Part shown: in pieces, positions 11,101-20,792 of the stretch
Layout of the letters: every line of letters begins with the position of its first letter
Position numbering within the stretch: position 1 is the first letter of the stretch
Origin: an uncultured cyanobacterium
Lineage (GTDB): Bacteria > Cyanobacteriota > Cyanobacteriia > Phormidesmidales > Phormidesmidaceae
NCBI GenBank assembly: GCA_963793265.1
Contig: CAWBZI010000005.1
Span: forward strand, 320,001 to 384,000
Direction: 5' to 3'
DNA length: 64,000 nucleotides
Translations under genes and position numbers: made by a program
The notes under the pieces: model-generated
Seen by the model: the letters and a program-made list of their open reading frames with translations, nothing else
What the model was told of the DNA's origin: nothing
Databases searched by the model: none

Positions 11101-12099
11101 CCGCGTCTGAGCATAGAAGAATTAGCTTCTGTCGATGAGGGCTTAGATGAGCTGCCCGACGGCTACGGTGACAGTCGCATTGTGCTTTTGCCCCGCGATC
11201 CGAAGTGGGCCTACGCCTATTGGGACGTTTCCAATGAGCACAAAGAGGAACTGCGCCAGCAGGGCGGCTCACGGCTTTTGCTACGCCTGTACGATGTGAC
11301 AGATATTGATCAAAACCATCAGGCCCCGCACAGTATGCACCAGCAGGAGTGTCATGAAATGGCGCGCTCTTGGTATATCGAGATGCCGGTGAGCGATCGC
11401 GACTACAGCATCGAAATCGGCTACCTCACCGACGACGATCGCTGGCTCATGCTCTCCCGCTCGGCCCCCGTTCGCGTACCCCCCATCTATCCCTCCGACT
11501 GGATTAAAGATCAGTTTGTCACCATTGGCTGGGAGACGGGCCTAGCCAATCAAAGGTTTGGCAATCTTGGTGCGCCCGGCACGCTTACCGCAGATGAGAC
11601 TGCTGAAACTGCCGGTGAATCTTCGGTTTTCGATGCGCTGTTTGCCTTTAATCAGGCTCAAAGCGCGCTGCGCCTGGCCGGTTCGCTCTATGGCTCTATG
11701 CAAACGATGCCGCAAACGATGCCGCCTGGCGGGCTTTCGGCCTCGGGTCAGGTGTCGGGCTTGAATATGTCGGGGCTGAACGTGTCGGGGCTGAATATGT
11801 CAGGAGTTGGGCTGGGCGATCGCAAGCGAAACTTCTGGCTGGTAGCCGATGCTGAGCTGATTGTGTACGGGGCCACTGAGCCTGATGCCACGCTGACAAT
11901 AGGCGATCGCGTCATTCCCCTGAGCCCCGATGGCACCTTCCGCTTCCACATGCCCTTCCCCGATGGCAAAATCGACTACCCCATTCGCGCGGTTGCCGCC
12001 GACGGCCAGCAGTCACGCGCTATCACCATGAACTTTGAGCGCGACACCCCAGAGCGCAACACCAATACCAAAGCCGACGCCGAAGACGAATGGTTCTAA
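8188..12099 (+). CDS. Multidomain protein: signal peptide, PstS-like substrate-binding domain, short WD40-like segment, TM helix, long acidic linker, C-terminal DUF4912
   Basis: IDGSSSM...SGTDIAL...IFRGEVTDWSEVG...DRP.SSDTRQ (PBP-like); VTALAFSEDGETLATG (WD40-like); FPWWWLLLPVLGLVG (TM); ELPDGYGDSRIVLLPRDPKWAYAYWD and FWLVADAELIVYGATEPDA (DUF4912). Confidence 0.85.
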   Translation: MMHANRSTLVKLCLLTALAVPVQRAASATPDSQEASTFAAKSTLLIAQARVAQAEPDVPEFELPSSLEAGDALLIDGSSSMIPMNNALIDQFASRYEIDTVDSAASGTDIALDRLRNNEIDLAAIGRPLSAEEQAAGLVAVPIAREKIAIFTGPDNSFEGDITFEQFGQIFRGEVTDWSEVGNGSASGPLRFIDRPVSSDTRQAFQAYPVFQAAPFETGATAELVAEDFTPEVIEAVGNDGIGYAVANQVAGNSAVKIVPMHQTLPDDPRYPFSQPRSYVYNGEPSAAAQGFLALATSPEGEEAIAQVQETEGAAAAQLDGPAPTAESPSNGLTARTDENNVAIIEDASGNLVAGPLAGAGGAVTALAFSEDGETLATGTNIGKVRYWGIDGEPKGEAFPAVLGEDNAVTELRFEGNDKLFVAGSQGRQGLWGLNGRSFGETAPAATTGLETDADGGFPWWWLLLPVLGLVGAGLWLLSRGRDQQTPDEPRRQTAPTATVPPPVTDPDNEREVSNRAHSVISTDRVVDESRAVITPEPTVAAGVAGATGGIEGTRPGATDLGATGLDTASLDAAGVDTTGLDTIDSGATENLESTDLESPDLEGTNLDLLTPGAVGGAAVLGLGGVAIAAGGQSSTLEDDDEEDEWDDNLDLTLDDPDQAPDAAVPTAQASQEQLSIQTEEQAVTPPVSPAPQVPPQAPTSPLVELPTAGGATGSADDEDFWNTVPGGTELGVGGDEVEGDAVESNAIADDPITDDLTAGGVMAGGVVASGATADDTSADSVSAEDLMVGELSDSEIESAGLSLEEPVPEERVRLEDPAIEASDLKAPEVGAPDAKASDLEAPDAGEASEAIEAIEPTRDTVIAETDTVLDIEPDQNTIISDGTVIFGGATAAGLAVAAASAASTSESASAGSIDSDIDSFFGSTETTNTEMPSSEDTSFEDTGLDDTSFEDINSEDTILEDIVLAATLDKPRLSIEELASVDEGLDELPDGYGDSRIVLLPRDPKWAYAYWDVSNEHKEELRQQGGSRLLLRLYDVTDIDQNHQAPHSMHQQECHEMARSWYIEMPVSDRDYSIEIGYLTDDDRWLMLSRSAPVRVPPIYPSDWIKDQFVTIGWETGLANQRFGNLGAPGTLTADETAETAGESSVFDALFAFNQAQSALRLAGSLYGSMQTMPQTMPPGGLSASGQVSGLNMSGLNVSGLNMSGVGLGDRKRNFWLVADAELIVYGATEPDATLTIGDRVIPLSPDGTFRFHMPFPDGKIDYPIRAVAADGQQSRAITMNFERDTPERNTNTKADAEDEWF

Positions 12100-12148
12100 G
12101 GTCACACGGTTTTTAAACAGTAGGTTCTTTGAAAATAGGCATCGTCAC

Positions 12149-13183
12149 ATGATCCACCAGCCCTACAAAATTCGCCGCCGCCGAGTCCTTCAGCTCTTAG
12201 CCGGGGCTTCTGGTGCGGCTCTGCTGCACGCCTGCAATGCCGATAGCAATACTGCCGAAAGCACTGAAGGGAATATGTCTCTTACCCTGGGCAGCATTCC
12301 TTGGGTCGGGCAGGTGCCCATGTATATCGCTCAAGACAAGGGCTTTTACGAAGATGAAGGGTTAGATTTTGAACTTCGCCTTTTTGGCTCAGGCAACGAG
12401 TATATCTCAGCTTTTTTAAGCAATCAGCTAGACGCAGTTTCACCGGTAACCTCCGAGGCTGTGCTGATGAAAGCGCAGGGCAAAGACTATCGAATTGTGA
12501 TGGTGCAAGACAATTCGGTGGGGATTGATGGCATTTTGGCCAGAGACTCAATTGAGAGTATCGAGGACTTTAAGGGTAAAGAGGTTGCTGTTGAAACGAG
12601 CGCTGTCGGCTACTTCTTTTTGCTTCAGGTGCTCAAAGAAGCCGGACTGAGCAAGGATGACATTACCGCAATTAATACCGAACCTTCGGCGGCGGCAGCG
12701 GCTTTTCAGTCCAACAATGTTGATATCGCGGTCACCTATGCGCCTTTCTTGCAAGAAGCGGCTGACGCGGTGCCCGATGGTCGGATTATTTACGACTCCT
12801 CTCAAATGCCGACCGCGATCTCTGATCTTTACATATTCGACACCGCCTACGCCGAGCAAAATCCCGCTGCCGTTCAGGCATTTGTCAACGCGACTCTAAG
12901 AGGACTGGAATACTTGAAGGAGAATCCAGAAGAAGGCGCTGAGATCGGAGCGACGACTCTAGAAATGGACGTTGCCGATTTGCAAAGCGATTTAGAAGGG
13001 ATCAAGCTGCCCGATAGAGCTGAAAATCTTGAAATGCTTGCTCAGCCAACGAGCGGCCTATATTTAGGCGGGCCTCTAGAAGATTTAGCTGACTTCTTGC
13101 TCAGCGAAGATCAAATCGAGCAAGATCCCGGTGACTTTTCGAGCCTGATTGATCCTCAATTCATTGAGGCTGCAACCCTATAA
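12149..13183 (+). CDS. NitT/TauT (SsuA/THI5-like) ABC transporter substrate-binding lipoprotein
   Basis: RRRRVLQLLAG...LLHAC Tat/lipoprotein-like signal; PWVGQVPMYIAQDKGFY and DNSVGIDGIL motifs; ATG at 12149 preferred over the upstream TTG that overlaps the previous gene. Confidence 0.88.
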   Translation: MIHQPYKIRRRRVLQLLAGASGAALLHACNADSNTAESTEGNMSLTLGSIPWVGQVPMYIAQDKGFYEDEGLDFELRLFGSGNEYISAFLSNQLDAVSPVTSEAVLMKAQGKDYRIVMVQDNSVGIDGILARDSIESIEDFKGKEVAVETSAVGYFFLLQVLKEAGLSKDDITAINTEPSAAAAAFQSNNVDIAVTYAPFLQEAADAVPDGRIIYDSSQMPTAISDLYIFDTAYAEQNPAAVQAFVNATLRGLEYLKENPEEGAEIGATTLEMDVADLQSDLEGIKLPDRAENLEMLAQPTSGLYLGGPLEDLADFLLSEDQIEQDPGDFSSLIDPQFIEAATL

Positions 13184-14046
13184 TGGCCACTCGCCATCCG
13201 GCCTCACCCCAACCAACCCCATGCGATCGCTCTCGCCGCCAGTATCTAAAGCCCTCCGTATTTTGGGGCATTCGTCAGGACTTTCCTCGCGAGCTAAGCG
13301 CTGCGCTCGTGGTTACCTCACTGGCTATTCCCATTTCAATCTGGAGCTTGCTCAGCTACGGCAGCTTCGTTGATTCCAGATTTTTACCCACGCCCACGGC
13401 CACCTTTGCTAGGGGGCTAACGATGCTAGCTGATGGCAATCTGATGGCTGACGTTTTTGCCAGCACCGCTCGGGTTACCGCAGGTTTTATCCTCGCAGCG
13501 ATCGCCAGCATTCCAGTGGGCATTGCCATGGGCACATTCAACAGCATGGACAGCCTGCTAGGCGGCTTTGTTCGTACCGCGCGCTATCTGCCAATTGCGG
13601 CTTTCGTACCGCTGATTATTATCTGGGCAGGCATTGATGAAGCCTCTAAAGTTATCATCATCTTTTTGGGCGTGTTCTTTTACAATGCAACGATGATTGC
13701 TGATGCGGTTAAGTTTATTCCCAACGAAACGCTCAACGTGGCCTATACGCTAGGGGCTTCTCGTTGGGACGTGGTGCGGCGCGTTGTTTTTCCGGCTACG
13801 CTGCCCAGCATTTTAGATGCGCTAAAAGTTAACGTAGCGGGCGCTTGGAACTTTTTGGTGATTGCAGAACTGGTTGCCGCGCCCAACGGATTAGGCTTCA
13901 CCATTTTTAAGTCGCAGCGGCAGCTTCAGACAGACCAGGCGATGTTTTGCATCTTAATCATCTGCGTTATTGGGCTCATCACAGATTTTGCCTTTAGAGT
14001 CTTATTTAAGCTGTGGCTACCTTGGGCTGACTCTAAAATGAGCTAG
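13183..14046 (+). CDS. NitT/TauT ABC transporter permease
   Basis: FLPTP, RYLPIAAFVPLIIIWAGIDE, EAA-like AYTLGAS, AWNFLVIAELV; 1-nt overlap with the upstream gene. Confidence 0.92.
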   Translation: MATRHPASPQPTPCDRSRRQYLKPSVFWGIRQDFPRELSAALVVTSLAIPISIWSLLSYGSFVDSRFLPTPTATFARGLTMLADGNLMADVFASTARVTAGFILAAIASIPVGIAMGTFNSMDSLLGGFVRTARYLPIAAFVPLIIIWAGIDEASKVIIIFLGVFFYNATMIADAVKFIPNETLNVAYTLGASRWDVVRRVVFPATLPSILDALKVNVAGAWNFLVIAELVAAPNGLGFTIFKSQRQLQTDQAMFCILIICVIGLITDFAFRVLFKLWLPWADSKMS

Positions 14047-14092
14047 CCAATCGAGCTAGCAAAACGCGCGAGCGGTTCTCTTCTACTTTTCC

Positions 14093-14878
14093 ATGGCACC
14101 AAATTTTCCAACGACACTTTCACACGAAACAACAGGTCCCAAGCTCGAAATTCGTAATGTCATAAAGGTTTTTGGTGAGGGTAGCAGTCGGAAGGTGGCG
14201 GTTGATGATGTGAGTTTGAAGGTCGCCCCTAACGAATTTAGCTGTATTATTGGCCCTTCTGGCTGCGGCAAATCAACGCTACTTAGCATTGCCGCCGGGC
14301 TCACCCAGGCCACCGCTGGCGAAATTTTAGTCGATGGCTCGCCCGTACCAGGGCCGGGAGCCGACCGGGGCATGGTCTTTCAAAACTACACGTTATTTCC
14401 CTGGCTATCAGTTGCAGAGAATATTGCCTTTGGGCTCAGGCTCAAGGGCATGGCAAACGCTGAACGAAATGACAGAGTAGCCCATTATCTAGAGGTGGTT
14501 GGCTTAAGTGGAAGTGCCAAGGCGTATCCAAAGACGCTCTCGGGTGGGATGAAGCAAAGAGTTGCGATCGCCCGCGCCCTAGCCAACGAGCCTGAAGTAC
14601 TCCTGATGGACGAACCCTTCGGTGCCCTTGATGCTCAAACCAAAGAGCAGCTACAGGCTTTCTTCCACGACCTCTGGCAAAAAACGCCCATCACTGTTCT
14701 CATGATTACCCATGATATTGAAGAAGCGATCTTTCTTTCTCAGCGCGTGTTTGTTATGAGTCTTAATGGAAAAGTGCGAGAAACTGTCTCTATTGAACTA
14801 CCAGGGAATAGAGACTTACCTATGAAGCTTACGCCCGAGTTCTTAGCCTACAAAAGAGAGATTTTATATAAAATGTGA
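14093..14878 (+). CDS. NitT/TauT ABC transporter ATP-binding protein
   Basis: GPSGCGKST, LSGGMKQRVAIARAL, LLMDEPFGALD, ITHDIEEA. Confidence 0.95.
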   Translation: MAPNFPTTLSHETTGPKLEIRNVIKVFGEGSSRKVAVDDVSLKVAPNEFSCIIGPSGCGKSTLLSIAAGLTQATAGEILVDGSPVPGPGADRGMVFQNYTLFPWLSVAENIAFGLRLKGMANAERNDRVAHYLEVVGLSGSAKAYPKTLSGGMKQRVAIARALANEPEVLLMDEPFGALDAQTKEQLQAFFHDLWQKTPITVLMITHDIEEAIFLSQRVFVMSLNGKVRETVSIELPGNRDLPMKLTPEFLAYKREILYKM

Positions 14879-15018
14879 GATAGAACGCCTACCGAGCCGA
14901 ACGTCGCTTTGGATCGGTGCGAAAGTAACGAAGGCTCCCATTATAAAAACAGGAGCCTACAACGTGCTTAAGATGCCCGAGAGCTAACTAGGCAAATCTA
15001 GGTGATTCAGCCCAGTTA

Positions 15019-15181
15019 GGGACATGCGTCTAAATAAAGTACCGCTGATAGCGCTGTTCATTGCCTCGGGCATAGCAGTGCTAAGCCCCTACAGAAATTG
15101 ACGGTGACGTAGGGGCATAGCGTGCTATGCCCCAGGGCAATATTTGTCGATTTGCCGGTACTTTATTTGAGCGCAGCTCCC
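15019..15181. mobile_element. MITE copy 1 (163 bp) with 26-bp imperfect TIRs, TTA target duplication and internal GTAG-type REP hairpins
   Basis: TIRs GGGACATGCGTCTAAATAAAGTACCG and (reverse complement) GGGAGCTGCGCTCAAATAAAGTACCG match at 21/26. TTA lies on both flanks. A near-identical inverted copy is at 60439-60600. Confidence 0.88.
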
Positions 15182-15199
15182 TTATTGATACATCACCAC

Positions 15200-16192
15200 C
15201 TACACAGTAGCCGGTTGCTCCATTTGAGCGAGGCGATCGGAGAGTAGTTTCTCCAAATCTTCTAGCGCCTTAGTAAAGCCCTGAATACCCTCATCCAGCT
15301 TGTCATTCGCCATCCGATCGGCCTTGTGCATTTCATCAAAGGTTGCCTTATCGATAGATTTCTTCTCGATATCCAAATCCTTTGCATTCTCAGGGCTGAG
15401 CTTACGGGGCAGCTCGCCGTCAGTTTCAGAAAGTGGCTCCAAAAGCTTGGGCGAAATGGTGAGCAAGTCGCAGCCAGCTAGTTCCTTAATCTCATCGAGG
15501 TTGCGGAAGCTAGCCCCCATGATTTCAGTCTCGTAGCCGAACTTTTTGTAGTAGTTGTAGATTTCTGTGACCGACTGTACGCCGGGATCTTCAGACGGTG
15601 GGTAGCTATCGCGACCTGTCTCTTTTTTATGCCAGTCGAGGATGCGACCGACGAATGGGGAGATTAGGGTGACGTTGGCTTCGGCGCAGGCGATCGCCTG
15701 ATGCAAACCAAACAATAGGGTCAGGTTGCAGTGAATGCCTTCTTTTTCAAGAATTTCAGCGGCCTTGATGCCTTCCCAAGTGGAGGCGATTTTAATCAGG
15801 ATGCGATCGCGACTCACGCCCGCTTCCTCGTACTCTGCAATCAAATCACGCGCAGTCGCCAATGTGCCTTCTGTATCGTAGGAAAGCCGGGCATCGACTT
15901 CAGTCGAAACGCGCCCTGGAATAATCTCCAAGATCCGCTTACCAAAGGCCACCGCCAAATGCTTAAACGCCTCCATCGCCACATCCTTATCCACCGCGTC
16001 CTTGCCCATCTTAGTGCGGGCCTGTTGCAGCGTTTCATCCACAATGCTCTGATACTGTGGCAAACCTGCTGCCGCTGTAATTAGCGAAGGGTTCGTCGTT
16101 GTATCTTGAGGCGTAAACTTTTCAATCGCCTCAATGTCACCCGTATCGGCAACCACAACAGTCATTTCTTTTAGCTGAGATAGCAAGCTCAT
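15200..16192 (-). CDS. tal: Transaldolase
   Basis: [60 protein letters not shown]. Confidence 0.98.
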   Translation of the reverse strand: MSLLSQLKEMTVVVADTGDIEAIEKFTPQDTTTNPSLITAAAGLPQYQSIVDETLQQARTKMGKDAVDKDVAMEAFKHLAVAFGKRILEIIPGRVSTEVDARLSYDTEGTLATARDLIAEYEEAGVSRDRILIKIASTWEGIKAAEILEKEGIHCNLTLLFGLHQAIACAEANVTLISPFVGRILDWHKKETGRDSYPPSEDPGVQSVTEIYNYYKKFGYETEIMGASFRNLDEIKELAGCDLLTISPKLLEPLSETDGELPRKLSPENAKDLDIEKKSIDKATFDEMHKADRMANDKLDEGIQGFTKALEDLEKLLSDRLAQMEQPATV

Positions 16193-16364
16193 AAGCTTTC
16201 TCCAAGGGGGTTATCTGCGCCCTCATTGTAGTCAGCACAATCGAATTTGAGGTTCTTCCTATAGACCTGAAACCTAGAGAATATCTGTAGAACCTGGCTT
16301 TTAAGCACTCTCTCAGTAGCTTCTAACGGGAACTCAGTTTTGGGGCCGTTTTCAAAAGCGAAGG

Positions 16365-18425
16365 CTATACGATTCCAGAGGGCGTTTTTGGCGCGCTAAC
16401 AGTGATAGATGCAACAGAGGCATCAGCTTTTTTTTTATCAGCGCCGTGTGAATCATCCTCATCAATGTCTACGTCCAATGTCTCTGTCTGATGACTATCC
16501 ATCTGATGATCGCTCTGGTGACGATCGCTCGAAGCATACTCAGCCAAATCGTATACCGGCAAATCAAACCAGAAGGTCGTGCCCACACCGACCTCACTCA
16601 CCAAATTCACCTGGCTATTGTGCTTATCCATAATATTTTTCACAATTGATAAGCCCAAGCCGGTGCCTTCAAGCGTATGCACCCGGTTTTCCACGCGGAA
16701 AAAGCGCTCGAAAATAGCCGCCTGATCTTCTTCGTCAATCCCCAGGCCCGTATCGGCTATCTCAATTCGCACATTCTGAATAAGTTCTGGATTCGCACTA
16801 GGCGCACGATACGCCCGAATCACCGCTTTTCCGCCAGCAGGCGTAAACTTCAGGGCATTTCCCATCAGGTTGCCGAGCACTTGCAGCAGCAGGTCATAGT
16901 TACCCAAAGCGGCTGGCAACTTCTCTTCAATGTCTTTTTCTAGCGATATCTGCTTGTCTCTAGCGTTGAGCTGATAGGTACGCAAAACCTGATCGATGGG
17001 CTGATGCACTTCTACCGCTGAGAATTCATAGCGGCGGCTAGACTCCAAACGAGATAAGTCAAGCACGTCATTCACCAACCGCGTCAGGCGATCGGTTTCA
17101 TTATTAGCCGTCGATAAAAACTCTTTGCGCTCCTCTTCACTTAAGTCTTCGCCATACTCATGCAGCGTTTCAATAAACGACTTGATGTTAAACAAGGGCG
17201 TTCGCAGCTCATGAGAAACGTTGCTAATAAAGCTACTCTTCGCCTCATTTAAGGCCACCTCACGCGTAATATCTTGCAGCGTAATAGCCACCCCTTTCAC
17301 ATTTTCACGCGACTGGTCGAGCACCGTATTCAGCAGCACCCGAATGGTGCGCGCACCCTCCATCAGCGACATCCGAAACTCACTGCCCTCATGCTCTTTA
17401 CCAGAAACAGCCTGCACCAAAGGCGGGGCTAGCTGCGCGCGCACTTCTGGCTGTAGCTTGTCTAAAATGCTGCCGCTGAGGGGAGAAGACGCTTCCCAGC
17501 CTAGAATTCGTCGTGCAGCCACGTTCGCCAGCACTAAGTTCGTTTTAGCGTCGAGTAAAATTGCGCCATCGGCAATTGTTGACACCAAGCTTTCTAGCTT
17601 CGCTTTTTCAGCTGTGAGTTCTTCAATATTTTGCTCTTCATAGCGCTCTAGGCGCTCGGCCATATCGTTAAAGCTGTAGATCAGTTCGCCTAGCTCACCG
17701 CCTAAGGGTAGATCGATCCGCTGCTTAAAGTTACCGCTAGCAATGTTTTTCACCCCTAGCAATAGCTCCTTAATCGGCTGAGTAATGGTTAGCGCGTTAA
17801 TCACCGCGCCCAAAATTACCATCACCCAAATTGAGACAAACACTGCAATCGTGACATCGCGCGTGAGGTGAGACGAGGCCACCACCGTTGGGTTAGGGTT
17901 AATGCCCATCGCCAACATGCCTTTGTAGTTGCCGTCAATTGTTAGCGGTACGAATACGTCGGTGACCATGCCTGCGGGCGTAAGGTGCTGGCGCACCATG
18001 GGGGCATCGGCGCTGCTGGTGTAGTTGGCGGGCAGCTTCATGCGCCGACGCAGCGTCAGTGAGTTTTGAACGGAGGGCTCTGAGTAGGGAATGCCGAAGA
18101 AAATTTCGCCGTCCTGGTCGGCATACAGCATATAGCGGACGTTAGACGTGTTTTCGTAGAAGCGGTAGGAAAAGCGGGCTAGCTCTGAGCGGTCGTTCGT
18201 TTCTACTAAAGGGGCAACGTTGGCAGCCAGCAGCAGGCCCAGGTCACGACCGAAGCGAGTGTCGTTGAGCTGGGCGTCTTGCTGAATGGTGTTGACGGCC
18301 CAAAAGGTAAGGGCGCTCATGACCAGCGAGACTAGCAGGGTAGCGCCAGCCATCAGTCGCGTTTGGAGGGTGAAGTCGCTCCACCATCTCGCAAATAACG
18401 CTTTAAGTTGACTGAAAAGTTGCAT
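16365..18425 (-). CDS. nblS: Sensor histidine kinase NblS/Hik33/DspA (HAMP-PAS-HisKA-HATPase)
   Basis: WWSDFTLQTRLM N-terminus, SNVSHELRTPLFNIK H-box, FFRVENRVHTLEGTGLGL; lies downstream of purD, as is common in cyanobacteria. Confidence 0.95.
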   Translation of the reverse strand: MQLFSQLKALFARWWSDFTLQTRLMAGATLLVSLVMSALTFWAVNTIQQDAQLNDTRFGRDLGLLLAANVAPLVETNDRSELARFSYRFYENTSNVRYMLYADQDGEIFFGIPYSEPSVQNSLTLRRRMKLPANYTSSADAPMVRQHLTPAGMVTDVFVPLTIDGNYKGMLAMGINPNPTVVASSHLTRDVTIAVFVSIWVMVILGAVINALTITQPIKELLLGVKNIASGNFKQRIDLPLGGELGELIYSFNDMAERLERYEEQNIEELTAEKAKLESLVSTIADGAILLDAKTNLVLANVAARRILGWEASSPLSGSILDKLQPEVRAQLAPPLVQAVSGKEHEGSEFRMSLMEGARTIRVLLNTVLDQSRENVKGVAITLQDITREVALNEAKSSFISNVSHELRTPLFNIKSFIETLHEYGEDLSEEERKEFLSTANNETDRLTRLVNDVLDLSRLESSRRYEFSAVEVHQPIDQVLRTYQLNARDKQISLEKDIEEKLPAALGNYDLLLQVLGNLMGNALKFTPAGGKAVIRAYRAPSANPELIQNVRIEIADTGLGIDEEDQAAIFERFFRVENRVHTLEGTGLGLSIVKNIMDKHNSQVNLVSEVGVGTTFWFDLPVYDLAEYASSDRHQSDHQMDSHQTETLDVDIDEDDSHGADKKKADASVASITVSAPKTPSGIV

Positions 18426-18603
18426 GGCTTGGCCTGACGACGGGCATATCTGCGAAAGGGGTTTATTTTTGAATGGTGATATTAAAACAGAGGTTGTGGC
18501 GGCTGATATGTATACATTCTAGATGCAACTGCCCATTACGCCGCCAGTTGCGCTATCTTTCGGACTTTTTTGTCTAGCCGCTTTCTAGCTGGCTACTTTT
18601 TAT

Positions 18604-19899
18604 CTAGTCACGTTTCATCTGGCCCTTCACCCGATGCCCAATGTCGCGCCGGTAGTAGCCACCCGGAAAGTCAATTTTGTTCACCGCATGATAAGCCTTA
18701 GCCAGTGCGCCTTCAAAGGTGGGTGCGATCGCCGTCACCCCTAGCACCCTACCCCCCGTACTCTTTAAGCCATCATCACTCAGCCGCGTCCCGGCATGAA
18801 ACACCACCATATTCGGATCTTCCGACTCCGCCGTACCAATGCCGCCAATCTCTAAGCCTTTTTCATAGCGTCCTGGATAGCCTTTAGCAGCCATCACCAC
18901 GCAGGCAGAAGCGCCCTCTTTCCAGGCAAACGGCGGCAGGCTCTCTAACCTTTGCTCACAGCAGGCCAGGATAATATCGTCCAGCGGCGTATCGAGTAAA
19001 GGCAGCACCGCCTGCGTTTCAGGATCGCCAAAGCGGCAGTTAAATTCAATCACCTTGGGCTCGCCTGCTGGGGTGATGATTAGCCCGGCATACAGCACGC
19101 CGCGATAGTCAATGCCTTTGGCCCTAAGTCCTTTCAGCGTCGGCTCTAGTACCTCTGTTTGAACGCGCGCCAATAGCTCAGGTGGCATTACAGGCGTTGG
19201 CGAATACGCACCCATACCGCCAGTATTAGGCCCGGTGTCGCCTTCACCCACTTGCTTATGATCTTGAGCGGGCAGCAGCGGCCTAATCGTCAGGCCATCG
19301 GTCACTGCGAGCACCGAAACTTCCTGGCCCTGCAAAAATTCTTCAATGACAACGCGATCGCCCGCTGCCCCAAACTGACCGCTAAAAGCGTCGGTCACCG
19401 CCGCCTTCGCTTCTTCTACCGTCATCGCCACCGTCACGCCTTTGCCAGCAGCAAGTCCGTCAGCTTTAATTACGATTGGCGCGCCCTGCTGCTCTATATA
19501 GGTGATCGCACTGCCCACCTCCTCAAACACCGCCGAAGCCGCCGTGGGCACATTTGCATCCGCCATCAGCGCCTTTGCCCACGCCTTGCTCGCCTCAATT
19601 TGAGCGCCATCCTTATTCGGGCCAAACACCTTAATCCTCTGAGCCCGCAGCGTGTTCGCCAGCCCTTCAGCCAGCGGTTGCTCGGGGCCAACCAGCACAA
19701 ACGACATGTTATTTACCAGCGCGCACCGGGCAATGCCCTCGGCATCGGTAGGGTTCATGGCCACATTCCGACAGCCGGATAAGAGCGCGGTACCGCCGTT
19801 ACCAGGAATGCAGACGACTTCGGTGACATTAGGCGATCGCAATAGCTTCCAGGCCAGCGCGTGCTCGCGACCCCCACTGCCTACAACAATTGCTTTCAT
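18604..19899 (-). CDS. purD: Phosphoribosylamine-glycine ligase
   Basis: MKAIVVGSGGREHAL, IKADGLAAGKGV, QDHK..GEGDTGPNTGGMGAYSP, EFNCRFGDPETQ; ATG at 19899. Confidence 0.98.
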   Translation of the reverse strand: MKAIVVGSGGREHALAWKLLRSPNVTEVVCIPGNGGTALLSGCRNVAMNPTDAEGIARCALVNNMSFVLVGPEQPLAEGLANTLRAQRIKVFGPNKDGAQIEASKAWAKALMADANVPTAASAVFEEVGSAITYIEQQGAPIVIKADGLAAGKGVTVAMTVEEAKAAVTDAFSGQFGAAGDRVVIEEFLQGQEVSVLAVTDGLTIRPLLPAQDHKQVGEGDTGPNTGGMGAYSPTPVMPPELLARVQTEVLEPTLKGLRAKGIDYRGVLYAGLIITPAGEPKVIEFNCRFGDPETQAVLPLLDTPLDDIILACCEQRLESLPPFAWKEGASACVVMAAKGYPGRYEKGLEIGGIGTAESEDPNMVVFHAGTRLSDDGLKSTGGRVLGVTAIAPTFEGALAKAYHAVNKIDFPGGYYRRDIGHRVKGQMKRD

Positions 19900-20018
19900 A
19901 ACTAAAGACCAACCCTTCAAAGACTGTGATAAAAATGCGCTCGACTGAACTTCATAATCTCATCAAAATCGGTTGATTACAGAGAAAATCTAAGGTAGCA
20001 CCTGACACTTAAATGTAC

Positions 20019-20648
20019 TTAAGCGTTGATAGACTGAGCGACTTCGTAAGCTGTTTTCACCGCAGGGCGAGCTTTCATTGTTTCAAACCAGCGCTTAATG
20101 TTGGCGAAATCGTCTAGGTTTTGACTTTGGGCCTCGTACGGCACAATCCATGGATAGCAGGCCATATCAGCAATAGAATAGTCGCCTGCAATGTAGTCGC
20201 GCCCTTCTAGCTGCTTATTAAGAACGCCATACAGCCGTGCCGTTTCTTTCACATAGCGCTCAATTGCATAGGGAATTTTCTCAGGCGCGTATCTGGTGAA
20301 GTGATGGTTTTGGCCCAGCATTGGCCCGAGTCCGCCCATCTGCCAGTTGAGCCATTGCAGCACTTCTACACGCGGATGCAGCTCAGTCGGTAGGAACTGA
20401 CCTGTTTTATCGGCTAGGTATTGCAGAATCGCGCCAGATTCAAACACGCTAATCGGTTCGCCTGAGCTAGGTTCATCATCGACAATGGCCGGAATCCGGT
20501 TGTTCGGAGAAATCTTGAGGAACGCAGGATCGAACTGATCGCCTTTGCTGATATCGATAGGATGAATCGTGTACGGCAGCTCGGCCTCTTCTAGAAAAAT
20601 AGTGATTTTGTGGCCGTTCGGTGTCGTCCAGTAGTAGAGATCGATCAT
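20019..20648 (-). CDS. Glutathione S-transferase family, YfcG/YghU-like disulfide oxidoreductase
   Basis: MIDLYYWTTPNGHK, ISPNNRIPAI, FESGAIL, WQMGGLGPMLGQ, YSIADMACYPW. Confidence 0.93.
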   Translation of the reverse strand: MIDLYYWTTPNGHKITIFLEEAELPYTIHPIDISKGDQFDPAFLKISPNNRIPAIVDDEPSSGEPISVFESGAILQYLADKTGQFLPTELHPRVEVLQWLNWQMGGLGPMLGQNHHFTRYAPEKIPYAIERYVKETARLYGVLNKQLEGRDYIAGDYSIADMACYPWIVPYEAQSQNLDDFANIKRWFETMKARPAVKTAYEVAQSINA

Positions 20649-20792
20649 GTTTTGCAAACTGCGGTAGGAATGTACAGCTAAAGATACTTTATTTCTTTGA
20701 TCTCATCCATCAAAGCAAAAGCTCAGCAGCGAAGGTGTCTGTTCCTTCACTACCGAGCAATTTGTTTCTTAGAAGCTTATCGCAAGAGCGGC

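Noticed and set aside
12100..12148. Guanidine or other riboswitch ahead of the NitT/TauT ABC operon
   Set aside because: The gap is only 49 bp and has no recognisable consensus; the substrate is left unassigned.
12035..12148. N-terminal extension of the ABC binding protein in the ORF track
   Set aside because: It overlaps the DUF4912 gene end, and the signal peptide starts after ATG 12149.
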